Positions 48,526 through 58,361 of a stretch of 64,000 nucleotides of DNA are shown piece by piece. Origin of the DNA: a virus (Duplodnaviria; Caudoviricetes); IMG/VR virus record IMGVR_UViG_3300010163_000001, positions 32,001 through 96,000 of that record; one strand, given 5' to 3'. The first letter of the stretch is position 1, and every line of letters starts with the position of its first letter. The notes under the pieces were generated by a model. The model worked only from the letters and a program-made list of their open reading frames with translations, ran no database searches and was not told the DNA's origin. A program made the position numbers and the translations under genes.

Positions 48526-51180
48526 TTATACATGTATCACATTTTTATAAGTGTCTTGATTCACTACTTCATCCGTTGTCATAATAACTTGAACTGGATA
48601 ACCTGTGAATACATTTTCATCGTGAGTAATAAGAAAGCTTTGCTCACTATGAATATCATCTAGATATTTAAATAATATAGCAATGAATTTCTGCTTTTCG
48701 TTTTTATGAAGGGGAGCATCCATTTCATCCAATAAAGGAATATTATATTGGAGAGATCCTGTCTTCTGTACCAATGCAAAAGACATGACAGTTGATACAA
48801 TACTGGTTTGTCCCTGTGATGCTTTACTAATATCATCAATCTTCTGTCCATTGATCATATATGGAATTTTAAATTCATTTTCTGTAATGTCAAACTCTAA
48901 AATTTCTATGTTATCTTCACATACAAAGTATAGCATGTCATTGATAATATCTTTGCATGATTCTAAAAATAATTGTACCATTACTAATGGAATTCCTTTT
49001 TTGGAGCTAACGGCATCTACCATATAACTCATCCATTTTTGTTCTTGAAGTACTCTATTTAGTTCTTCTGAAGTATATTTCATATCGTTTATCTTTGTCT
49101 TTGTTGCATCAATTTCTTCTGATAATTTTGATAACTTTTCTTTTGATAGAAGTAAATCTCTTTCCATAGAAGTAATAACTACAAAGTTATCTTCTATCTT
49201 CTTTTTATTGTCCAAGTAGTCAACCAATTCTTTCTCAGCAATATTCAATTTACTAATAATTTCTTGATGCCTCATTTCATGAGTTGATTTATCAGAAAGA
49301 ATCACATAGATATCATTGTACGATTTTAGTTGAGTAGTTGCGTCGTTTCTTTTCTTCTCCAATTCTTCAATTTCTTCTTCTAAGTTTTTCTTTTCTATTT
49401 CTAATGATGCTATAATATCTTCAATAGAGTTATCTTGGTTCATCTCTAATTCATTTAATTCTGACTTTATATCTTTTAATGTTTCTAATAAAGATGCATG
49501 TTTATCTTTTTTCTCTATCATGTCAATCGTATCTACAATTTTGTCATAATTATACCATGCTTCATATCTACCAGTGGTAACAATCTGTAATAAATTATCG
49601 CACCTCAATGCACCAATTGTCTTTAGAATTGGTCTCATCTTATTCCAATAACCTTTTAATGTAGTTAACTTAGAATAGATAAGTGAATAGTCTGAGTATT
49701 TATATATCTCCACATCAATATCTTGAATTTCAGTCTGATAACCTATAATTTCTTCATCTGCAGAACTGTTTTTTCCAATCTTTTTTTGCACAATAGATGG
49801 ATGTGTTGCATAAAATGGACAGCTCTTTGTAGGACAGAATGGAGGGAGATATAATTTTCCTAATGGTTCATAAGTTTCTGAGAATCTTAAATTATTTATC
49901 ATCTTCTGTAACTTTAATTTTCGATATTCTAATATTTCAATCTGTTTCTTTGCATATGTAATTGCAGAAGAATCAGAATTATATAATTTTTTAACGATAT
50001 CTGAATCATAATGAAGAAGTTCATCAATTAACATATTTACAAGGTTCAAATCTTCCATAAAACCTGTTAAAAATGCAGACGAATAGGAACATTTAAATCC
50101 TCTTAGTTCATTCCTATATTTCTCCTCTTGTAAAATCAGATCGTTATAAGTTTTCTTTAAACTAATCATATGATCTTTGTTGCACGAAATAGCTTGGACG
50201 CTTCTCTTATTATTCAATTCTTTAGATATTTCATCATGTCTCTTTTCTAAAGTGTTTATTTTTTCAGAATAAGAAGATATTAAAGAGTCATACTTTCCAA
50301 TATCCCTACTTACTTCTGTAATTGATGGGTATTCTTCAAATGTTTTTAACAGCTCATCTAGTTCATCCTTTGTATGCTTCATTAATTCAATATCGTTTTG
50401 TAGTATATTTCCTTTTTCCAAGAAATCTTTCCGAGATAGATTTCCTGCAAGTGTCTTATTTTCTGCTTCTAATGCAAATTTCTTCTGAGTCAATTCTTCA
50501 ATAACGTGATTTAATAAATTATAAGCTTCTTCTAGTTCTTCTAAATCTTCTTCATATTCATCAATCGGTTTCTTACCATATACATTTAACCGATTCATTA
50601 ATACAGATGCAGAAGTATTAAGATTTCTTAATTCTTGAGACCAATGTTTATGAAGAAGTAAGTAAAACTCAGTTTCTGATAATAATGATGCAATATATGC
50701 TTTTCGTTCTGTTGCTTTCATATCAATAAAGTTAATTACATTTGGTCCTAATCGGATGAGTCTTAAAAATGATGGATTAATTCCAAATTCTAATTCGATA
50801 ATTTCTTCAAAGGTGTTTCTATTTCCATTCGGATTTAATTCTATACCATCTTTTTCTACATAAGACTTTTTCGAATGGGTAGTTCCAGTCCATGTGTACT
50901 TATGAGTTATAACATATTCATGACCCATATGACTATACACAATAACTTTTAACCCATCTTTCTCTTTTATAATTGGATCATCATTATTCCGGACGTCTAA
51001 TGTTCCAACTGTAGAAAACGGTTGTAAATGAGATAAGATATATGTTTTTCCACTTCCAATCTTACCAATAAACACATTAATACGTTCTCTTGAATCTCTT
51101 AAATTAATATGAATCCGCTCTTTTCCTGTCCCGGCTAATATAGGAGCGAAATTTTCTAAGATTAGTTCCTCTATTCTCAT
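48526..51180 (-). CDS. sbcC: SbcC/Rad50-like SMC ATPase
   Basis: GKIGSGKT, coiled coils with central CPTKSCP hook, ASQGQ signature, LLDEMDAPL, ITH. Confidence 0.9.
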   Translation of the reverse strand: MRIEELILENFAPILAGTGKERIHINLRDSRERINVFIGKIGSGKTYILSHLQPFSTVGTLDVRNNDDPIIKEKDGLKVIVYSHMGHEYVITHKYTWTGTTHSKKSYVEKDGIELNPNGNRNTFEEIIELEFGINPSFLRLIRLGPNVINFIDMKATERKAYIASLLSETEFYLLLHKHWSQELRNLNTSASVLMNRLNVYGKKPIDEYEEDLEELEEAYNLLNHVIEELTQKKFALEAENKTLAGNLSRKDFLEKGNILQNDIELMKHTKDELDELLKTFEEYPSITEVSRDIGKYDSLISSYSEKINTLEKRHDEISKELNNKRSVQAISCNKDHMISLKKTYNDLILQEEKYRNELRGFKCSYSSAFLTGFMEDLNLVNMLIDELLHYDSDIVKKLYNSDSSAITYAKKQIEILEYRKLKLQKMINNLRFSETYEPLGKLYLPPFCPTKSCPFYATHPSIVQKKIGKNSSADEEIIGYQTEIQDIDVEIYKYSDYSLIYSKLTTLKGYWNKMRPILKTIGALRCDNLLQIVTTGRYEAWYNYDKIVDTIDMIEKKDKHASLLETLKDIKSELNELEMNQDNSIEDIIASLEIEKKNLEEEIEELEKKRNDATTQLKSYNDIYVILSDKSTHEMRHQEIISKLNIAEKELVDYLDNKKKIEDNFVVITSMERDLLLSKEKLSKLSEEIDATKTKINDMKYTSEELNRVLQEQKWMSYMVDAVSSKKGIPLVMVQLFLESCKDIINDMLYFVCEDNIEILEFDITENEFKIPYMINGQKIDDISKASQGQTSIVSTVMSFALVQKTGSLQYNIPLLDEMDAPLHKNEKQKFIAILFKYLDDIHSEQSFLITHDENVFTGYPVQVIMTTDEVVNQDTYKNVIHV

Positions 51181-51668
51181 TTATCATCACCATTCCTCAA
51201 TATACAAGGATAATCTTGTGGAGATATAAATGTTTCATTCGCTTTACATAACGCGGATAAAAGTTCATATTTATCTTTATGACTTAGACTATCGATATAT
51301 TCTCGTATATCAGGTTCGTCGGCAACTTTTGGACAAGGTATTTTGTCATTCCTAGTAAATGTTGATGATTCTGTATATTCTCGTATACGTTGAACTTCTT
51401 TTAATATAGAAGTTAAAGTTTCTTCTAATAATGAACCGTGTTGTGTTGGTTCTAATTGATAAGGATCCTTACCTTTCAAAGGATTTACTTCTATTAAATC
51501 ATTAATAGATACCCCCATTTTTTTTGAGATTTTGTAGAAAAAATTTATGGATGGGCAATACCCTTTCATATATCCTTTCAGTAAACTCATACTAATGCCG
51601 GTTTCGATAGATAATTTGTTTAAATCTATATTTTGATATTCAAACCACTCTTTCAAATAGTGCTTCAT
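51177..51668 (-). CDS. XRE-family HTH protein
   Basis: LNKLSIETGISMSLLKGYMKG..PS....KISKKMGVSINDL. Confidence 0.75.
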   Translation of the reverse strand: MKHYLKEWFEYQNIDLNKLSIETGISMSLLKGYMKGYCPSINFFYKISKKMGVSINDLIEVNPLKGKDPYQLEPTQHGSLLEETLTSILKEVQRIREYTESSTFTRNDKIPCPKVADEPDIREYIDSLSHKDKYELLSALCKANETFISPQDYPCILRNGDDK

Positions 51669-51688
51669 AAAATGTTTACCTCTCTTTC

Positions 51689-52366
51689 TTAAACTTCATA
51701 AGACTCTTCTGATGATACAACAATAGGTTCTGATAATTTCTCTCCTATTACATCCTTATCTGATAATTCTTCAATTGTTACAGTATACTTCAAATTTAAC
51801 GCATCAATGAAGCGATTGAATATTTTCATGCTTAATGTATTATCACTTCGAAATACTTGCTTTAGATTAAATAACGTATTCTTATTTGGAAATCTGTCCT
51901 TATAGTGATCCAAATCAACTTTCTTTATTAAAAGAGATTTCTTAGCCGCCAATTTCAAAATATCATCATGCTCTGTTATTTCAGGTCGAAATATTTTTGC
52001 ACTTTCTGGAATAGCAACCAACAAATCTTCTTTTGTATTTGCTGTATCAATTATTGATACTGTATTCTTTATAGCCATAGCCTTCTCTATACTATAGTAT
52101 TCCTTTTCTTCTTCTGTAGTAGGTGGTACGAGGATAAACTGATTATTTGATACAAAATGATAGATACCTGGTTTATGATTTACCACATTATCATTATATT
52201 TTCCTCTATAGAAATAGAAATAATCCCCATCAAGATAAGCAATATCTTCCTTAAAATCATCCTCACTAGCATTTTCCAAATCCGGCATCAATTCAAAATC
52301 ATAAATACCATCATCTGTTACAATAATAGACTCACCTTTCGTATAATTCATAGTTGAATTTTCCAT
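51689..52366 (-). CDS. Hypothetical protein
   Basis: AGGAGG RBS. Confidence 0.7.
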   Translation of the reverse strand: MENSTMNYTKGESIIVTDDGIYDFELMPDLENASEDDFKEDIAYLDGDYFYFYRGKYNDNVVNHKPGIYHFVSNNQFILVPPTTEEEKEYYSIEKAMAIKNTVSIIDTANTKEDLLVAIPESAKIFRPEITEHDDILKLAAKKSLLIKKVDLDHYKDRFPNKNTLFNLKQVFRSDNTLSMKIFNRFIDALNLKYTVTIEELSDKDVIGEKLSEPIVVSSEESYEV

Positions 52367-52483
52367 GTTAAATTCCTCCTTTATTTGAATATTTTCTATG
52401 ATACTTCAAAATAATTAATATATCATCTTTTTTCAACAAAAAAAGAGGTGTGCTAGCGTATTGATAACACACCTCCAAAAAGT

Positions 52484-52960
52484 CTACCGCCGCATATAGT
52501 ATTTTGCGGTAACTTTATTGATAGCTTCCTTTAAAAGTAAAGATGCTGCATTATTTTTGTATATGTTAACATAAGTTATATTAGGATGAATATTTGATAA
52601 CGTCGCTGCCATTGTACTAAGGGCCCGTTGTCCACTATCCTCCTTAACATATACATATACTGGAGTATCAATATGAAGAATTTCCAATTGATATAATAAA
52701 GCAAATCCAAACTCTGTTGAGAGCATTTGAATTTCTTGAGAAAACATCATATCGAGGTTCATTATGATTAAATCATATCCACGACACGCATTTTTTATTT
52801 TTTCTCTGGATTCCTCGAGGCTGTCGGCATGATCAATCTCGCAATATGAGTATCTATTCAGATGAGAAAGTTCTTCAACAATGCTATTTTTAATCTCATC
52901 ATCATGCTCAATAATCATTATTCTAGCCGTAGTTGGTTTAAGTATCTCATGAAATTCCAT
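52484..52960 (-). CDS. Atypical response-regulator receiver (REC) domain protein
   Basis: RIMIIEHD, YDLIIMNLDM (acceptor D replaced by N), GFALL, TPVYVY. Confidence 0.7.
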   Translation of the reverse strand: MEFHEILKPTTARIMIIEHDDEIKNSIVEELSHLNRYSYCEIDHADSLEESREKIKNACRGYDLIIMNLDMMFSQEIQMLSTEFGFALLYQLEILHIDTPVYVYVKEDSGQRALSTMAATLSNIHPNITYVNIYKNNAASLLLKEAINKVTAKYYMRR

Positions 52961-52961
52961 T

Positions 52962-53468
52962 TTAGTTCCCCTTTTTTATCCAATCTTTTTTAATAATACT
53001 GCTCACAACAGTTACAAATTCATCTTTTGACAACGCACTTATATTCTTGCTTGTTTCAGTGTTTTCCTCGAATTGCAATTCAGACCCTCCATTAAATAAG
53101 ACAACGTCTACCACATTGGAAAAGTTTCCGGTTACGTATTTCCGGTACGTAATAAAGTCAATCGGCTTTGCGCGTGAATAAATTAGAACAGGGGTGCTTA
53201 TATGCCAAAATTCCAATGTGTGTAAAAATGTAAGGGCAAATTCTTCTGATATAGTTGGAGTGTCATTCGAAAACTTCATTTCTCGATCCATAATAATTAG
53301 ATCATACCCATTTTTGGGATCAGATATTTTTTCTCTTGCATCAAAAAGAGTTTTTGATACAGTAACCGAAGGACATCCGGCATAAATTGAATCTTTTGAA
53401 ATACTGCGGACAACGTACTCATCATTTTCAATTATTAATACTCTTAATTCTGGTTTTTCAACTTTCAT
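52962..53468 (-). CDS. Response-regulator receiver (REC) domain protein
   Basis: Start MKVEKP after GGAGG; RVLIIEND, YDLIIMDREM, TPVLIYS; ATATATTAT at 53499-53507. Confidence 0.75.
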   Translation of the reverse strand: MKVEKPELRVLIIENDEYVVRSISKDSIYAGCPSVTVSKTLFDAREKISDPKNGYDLIIMDREMKFSNDTPTISEEFALTFLHTLEFWHISTPVLIYSRAKPIDFITYRKYVTGNFSNVVDVVLFNGGSELQFEENTETSKNISALSKDEFVTVVSSIIKKDWIKKGN

Positions 53469-53511
53469 TTTTATTATCCTCCTTTTTTCTATATAAAAAT
53501 AATATATGTTA

Positions 53512-54141
53512 TTAATCGAATGGTGTCTTTTGATTCTCTTTTGTAATATTATTATCATACGCATGATTTTCTATAATATAATTCATGCATAATAAACTCA
53601 TTGTAATTTCATTGGTAAAGCTAAAATCTTTTAATATTCCGAATAATATTCCAATCTCTTGAAACGTTAGTGATATACAATAATTTGATTTATTCACATA
53701 TAGGTGAATCCCTTCATATTCTTTATCACCTATATGTACAATTGTTGGTATTGCTTGCATTACAGATTGATCATAATCTCCTTTATGAGTAGTTTTTGAC
53801 AATCTCTTATAATCTGCATTAAAAATTAGATGGTTATCATCATTCAATAGAAATAAGTCATTAAACTTATCATCATAAAACCATTTCATGATATCATTAA
53901 AGAATGATATCACATGAAATAAATTCTTCGGTGTAATTTTATATGACGCTTTTGCATAATCATATTCTTCTGCTATATTTTTTGGTGGTTTATATCTTAT
54001 ATATAATACAGGATTTACATTTATTAGTAGATTACTTTTTCCTTTCCCATTTAACATTCCGTTTGGGAGATGCATGAAAAAGTCTAAATCCATTCTTGAA
54101 TTTGACCATATTTTCCTTGTTATTTTATTTATTGAATTCAT
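53512..54141 (-). CDS. Hypothetical protein
   Basis: GGAGG RBS. Confidence 0.7.
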   Translation of the reverse strand: MNSINKITRKIWSNSRMDLDFFMHLPNGMLNGKGKSNLLINVNPVLYIRYKPPKNIAEEYDYAKASYKITPKNLFHVISFFNDIMKWFYDDKFNDLFLLNDDNHLIFNADYKRLSKTTHKGDYDQSVMQAIPTIVHIGDKEYEGIHLYVNKSNYCISLTFQEIGILFGILKDFSFTNEITMSLLCMNYIIENHAYDNNITKENQKTPFD

Positions 54142-54180
54142 GCTTATCCTCCATATATCTTTTTAAAAGGTTGTAAAAAA

Positions 54181-54210
54181 GTGAATAGAAATGTTAACAT
54201 TTCTATTCAC
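54181..54210. terminator. Palindromic intrinsic terminator
   Basis: gtgaatagaaatgttaacatttctattcac, with a T-tract on the minus strand. Confidence 0.75.
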
Positions 54211-54212
54211 TA

Positions 54213-54383
54213 AAAATAATATGTCGTCATAAAAATAAGACGGAGGTAAACCCACCCAAGCACTTTATTTTATGCTATGGGTGGGCTACATGAGAAAACA
54301 CCAAACGTCGAAAAGTTCCTGCAGGAACGCTAATCAGAGGAGCTACCTCTATATAGGGTAATTCCGCCTATATTATCCTATAT
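54213..54383 (-). ncRNA. Candidate multi-hairpin ncRNA
   Basis: AAC-N7-TAA at 54383-54395, four or more hairpins, terminator at 54181-54210, no RBS/ORF. Confidence 0.45.
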
Positions 54384-54410
54384 TATATAAAAGTTATTCT
54401 GATTTATTTT

Positions 54411-55880
54411 TTAATCATAAATTTTAATTCGTGTAACTTTCTTGATTTTTGTTTCTTCTAAGTAATCTATACGTGTCTTTAATTTCTTTTTCGTGTAAGG
54501 AAATCCCATATCTGCAAACATGAAGTAAAATACATCAGATCCATCTGCCAAAGGTCTTGCTCTTCCACTACTTTGATTATCGTCTATTTTTGTGCAAATA
54601 CTGCATGATATTACATACTTTATCAAAGAGACATTGAGACCTTCGCTAAATGACTGATACGTAGATACAATCATATCACATGAGTTTTTACATTCCTCTC
54701 TTTCTTCATCTGGAACTTTCCCATGATATCTTCCAATCTTATATATATCTCCATATTTTTCTAGTAGAATCCTATGCAATTCATCTGTGTGCTCTATTAA
54801 ATTTACTAAAATAAGTATCTTATAGTTATTTTTATTTGTCTTTCTAATCATATCTAAGACATATTCTAAAGTGGAGAAGAATATGTCTTGTTTAAATTGA
54901 TATTTCATATATTCGTAGAAACTAAATCCTCTTTTCGTATATACAGAAGCTCTATCTAATTCAGAAGGTCTTGAATTGTATTGCACAATAATTGCTACCG
55001 TAAATTTTAGAGTATTCATCAATTCTGCAGATGGTCGAATAATTGGAACATTATGAAAGATATTATAATACAATCGCTCTTTCTCTTTATCCGATTGACC
55101 ATAATCCCCTGATAAGTAAATCGTTTTATCAATACTTGTAAATGCGTTTATTTTAATAATGTTTGAAATATTTCTATGAGACTCATCAAATACTTTGAAT
55201 CCTATTTTCATTTTTTCCATTAGTATATTAAGAGAATGAAACCCATATTTTTTTCCAAATGAGTTTAATAATCCTGGAGTACATAAGAAGATATCATATT
55301 CCCATACAGGGAAATCACCAAATGCAATTTTCTTTAATAGTAAGGAATCGTCAATAAGAAGTATACGAGATGGATCCATTGTAGAATCTTCCTTTATAGC
55401 AGATACCCATTGTTTTAGGATGTCTTTCTTATAACACATAATCAATGTTTTTACATTGAAATATGAGATTAGATAAATCGTAAGTAACGTTTTTCCCAAT
55501 CCTTGAGATAAGTAAACAAACCACTGTTTTTTCTTTTCTGATGATAAAATTTGTTGAATAATTACATACTGAACTTCTCTTGGTGTGATATTATCATTCA
55601 AATGAAATGGTGAATTCAATGATTCTTCTTTTGTTGGTAGTATATCTACCACCTTATAAGTTGGAAATTGTGCTTGTAAGAATAATCTGTCATGTAAGTG
55701 TGTTACGAAACATGGATCTGTATTTTCGTAATCCAAATAAAAACCGGTTACTGGATGTCTGGTGTGTCTGACTTTGTCATAGGTTGATGTAAGCTTTTCT
55801 AAATAATAATTTTGCTTTTTGTGATATGGAGTTATTCTAACTCCAGTGGTTGTTATTTGTATTTCTCCTTCTGCTTTCAT
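54411..55880 (-). CDS. SF2 DExH helicase (UvsW-like)
   Basis: QGLGKT, FDESH, QSSGRAR. Confidence 0.85.
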   Translation of the reverse strand: MKAEGEIQITTTGVRITPYHKKQNYYLEKLTSTYDKVRHTRHPVTGFYLDYENTDPCFVTHLHDRLFLQAQFPTYKVVDILPTKEESLNSPFHLNDNITPREVQYVIIQQILSSEKKKQWFVYLSQGLGKTLLTIYLISYFNVKTLIMCYKKDILKQWVSAIKEDSTMDPSRILLIDDSLLLKKIAFGDFPVWEYDIFLCTPGLLNSFGKKYGFHSLNILMEKMKIGFKVFDESHRNISNIIKINAFTSIDKTIYLSGDYGQSDKEKERLYYNIFHNVPIIRPSAELMNTLKFTVAIIVQYNSRPSELDRASVYTKRGFSFYEYMKYQFKQDIFFSTLEYVLDMIRKTNKNNYKILILVNLIEHTDELHRILLEKYGDIYKIGRYHGKVPDEEREECKNSCDMIVSTYQSFSEGLNVSLIKYVISCSICTKIDDNQSSGRARPLADGSDVFYFMFADMGFPYTKKKLKTRIDYLEETKIKKVTRIKIYD

Positions 55881-55936
55881 ATAAACCTCCTTTCAAGTAA
55901 TAATCACGGGTAGGATTTTTCCTACCCGTGATTTCC

Positions 55937-56101
55937 TTATTTAATATTTAATTCTGTCTTTACCTGATTAAATGTATCTGTAACTATTTGCTCTGTTAAT
56001 TCATCATAATCTTCAATGTTTTCAACCTTTGTCTTTGGAAACATTCTGGTACGATTTCCTTTTTCATCTATTGTATCAACATAACCATTGAACTCTTCCA
56101 T
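55937..56101 (-). CDS. Small protein (54 aa)
   Basis: AAC-N7-TAA at 56124-56136; MEEFNGYVDT...; terminator 55903-55932. Confidence 0.55.
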   Translation of the reverse strand: MEEFNGYVDTIDEKGNRTRMFPKTKVENIEDYDELTEQIVTDTFNQVKTELNIK

Positions 56102-56158
56102 AACATCCACATCCTTTCAAATATTATATGAATGTTTTTAAAGATATGAAGCGTATAA

Positions 56159-57790
56159 TTATTCGGAATCTGGTTTATCTGTAATTAGAATATATAACAT
56201 CCTCATACATGTCGAGTTCCATCTTGGGATTTCAAATTTTATAATAGAGGAACCAATAGGATTATCATCATCTATAAAAAGTTCCCCACTCATATGGACA
56301 ATTCCATCATCATAATGAGAGTGATTTGTAAGTTTCTTGTGGTGTTTTTCATCCAATTCAATATCTTTATCGCAAAAGGCAGTATAAACTTTCAATTCGT
56401 GACAACGAGATACACATGAATCAGAATATGGTTCTGTAAACCATAATTGATAATCATATCTTCCTGCCCCTAATTCAAACGCCCAATAAAGCATATTTTC
56501 GTTACGAATATCCCTCATCTGTCCCCATTCAAATGATGAGCAGGCATCTAAAGCAAATTCTTGTGTTGGTATGGAATTTCGTGTTTCTTCAAAATCCAAT
56601 AGTTCTTTCTTTGTACCATCTGGTAGTGCTATATCAAGTGTATTATCCCAAAAATATTCAACCAGTGGAGTACCAACAAATTTCTTTATTTCAGATGGAT
56701 AATCTATAATATCATGTGGAATACTATGATTTGGTTTATCACATGGACGATGATGGTGATGATGATGCTTAGGTGGTTTACAATCTGTGGATCCAAGTCC
56801 TCCACATCTATCGTCTTTAATATATTTATCATCATCAATCGTAACACCATATGGAAGGAATATTCCTTGACAAAATGCTTTTCCGGCTTCAAAATTTTGT
56901 GTATTTCGATTAATTCCAAGTAAATTCCTCCATTTTGTTAAAAATGAAGCAGGATTCGGATTTGGAGGATAATCTAAAAAGACAAAAATATGTCCTTCAT
57001 TATCTGCTTTAAAATAATCGGCATCTACAACTCCAACCGTATTTGTTAATCGAATACCCGTCTTACTCCCAATTCCGCTTCTTGGGAATAAAAATAATCC
57101 CCAATTAGGATTTGTAAAAACAGTTCGGATTCCAGTAGGGATTTTAATTGTTGTACCTGGGCATAACTCAAAGCTAAATGGTGCAAAAAAATCATACCCA
57201 GCAGAATCCGTTGTAGAACGTTTCGGCAATTTGATATTTTTATACATTTCCTTTAATTCATTAGGAGAAAAATCCGCTTGTGGAAATGTCTTCGTCATAT
57301 CCTTTACATATTCTTCAAGAGAGACTTTTTCAAATCTTGCTACCTTATTTTTACACTCAATATTTTTCCAATTCATAGGTTTTACTTTATTCAGTGCTTC
57401 TGTAAATTCATTTGTTTCAACATCTGGACGGAATGGGATCTCTGCGATTAATGTTGAATTGAGCATTTCATCTGTATAATTATAATGGTCAAATGTTCCG
57501 TATACGATAACAGGAATTTTGTATGTAGGAAATCCTGTTATCCACTTTAATAAATCAAAAGATAAATCTTCCGTCATCATAGTATCTGCTATATTAAATT
57601 CCCTTATTCTTGACCCAAGAATAATCACATCTAAATCTCTTTTAAAACGAAAAGATGACATAATTTGATTCATGGCGTCTTGTTTACATGTAACATGTGT
57701 TACACGTAGATCTTGTCGATTTACTTTCTTTAAATAGTATTCTAAGATACTATATTTGTAATCATTCGATTCAACTACTAATATATCCAT
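56159..57790 (-). CDS. dut: Trimeric dUTPase fused to an N-terminal REC-like domain and a C-terminal unknown domain
   Basis: SAGYDF, PRSG, GVVDADY, CQGIF, RCGGLGST; N-term MDILVVES...DVIILG...IPVIVY; His6 linker. Confidence 0.9.
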   Translation of the reverse strand: MDILVVESNDYKYSILEYYLKKVNRQDLRVTHVTCKQDAMNQIMSSFRFKRDLDVIILGSRIREFNIADTMMTEDLSFDLLKWITGFPTYKIPVIVYGTFDHYNYTDEMLNSTLIAEIPFRPDVETNEFTEALNKVKPMNWKNIECKNKVARFEKVSLEEYVKDMTKTFPQADFSPNELKEMYKNIKLPKRSTTDSAGYDFFAPFSFELCPGTTIKIPTGIRTVFTNPNWGLFLFPRSGIGSKTGIRLTNTVGVVDADYFKADNEGHIFVFLDYPPNPNPASFLTKWRNLLGINRNTQNFEAGKAFCQGIFLPYGVTIDDDKYIKDDRCGGLGSTDCKPPKHHHHHHRPCDKPNHSIPHDIIDYPSEIKKFVGTPLVEYFWDNTLDIALPDGTKKELLDFEETRNSIPTQEFALDACSSFEWGQMRDIRNENMLYWAFELGAGRYDYQLWFTEPYSDSCVSRCHELKVYTAFCDKDIELDEKHHKKLTNHSHYDDGIVHMSGELFIDDDNPIGSSIIKFEIPRWNSTCMRMLYILITDKPDSE

Positions 57791-57846
57791 CTTTATAAAA
57801 ATCTCCTTTCTTCTATATGTTTTTATTATTGATTGGTTCGTATATA

Positions 57847-57943
57847 ATTAATTTCCGTTTTTCTCCTTCTTTCTTTAATATATTCTTTTTATAGCTATAA
57901 GAAGAAAATAAAAGAACAAAGGAGGATAAGTATTATGGCTAAT
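57847..57943 (+). repeat. Promoter-leader-RBS cassette, copy B
   Basis: Inverted near-identical copy of 28578-28674. Confidence 0.9.
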
Positions 57944-58303
57944 TTAAGACTTATTGATTTCGGACAAGAGGTTAGTGTATCACTCATTGAAAGTGATGAC
58001 CGCTGTTGTTTCATTGTTAATAAAACAATGTCAGAAGGAAATCAAACCCTTCTGAAGAGGACTCTTCTGACGGCAACAATCGGATTTCAAACAAAAATGT
58101 TTGTAAATCCTTCGTCTGGGATTGTCAAGATTGCAACATATGTGGATGATAACAACCCAGAATTGGATTGTGATATCGAAATGACCGCATCAGACGGCTG
58201 GCGAATGGTGGCAGCAAACTCCGGAAAGAAACAAATCTATGCTCTTACCAAAGAAAATGTTTATGATATAATTGAGCATTTTAAAAGAATATATTGCTGG
58301 TAA
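57935..58303 (+). CDS. Early hypothetical protein (cassette payload)
   Basis: Cassette leader; hairpin terminator ~58312-58353. Confidence 0.75.
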   Translation: MANLRLIDFGQEVSVSLIESDDRCCFIVNKTMSEGNQTLLKRTLLTATIGFQTKMFVNPSSGIVKIATYVDDNNPELDCDIEMTASDGWRMVAANSGKKQIYALTKENVYDIIEHFKRIYCW

Positions 58304-58361
58304 GATGCAGTAAAGGACGGGTGGAATATTACAATTTCCGCCCGTCTTTTTTTGTCTTACT

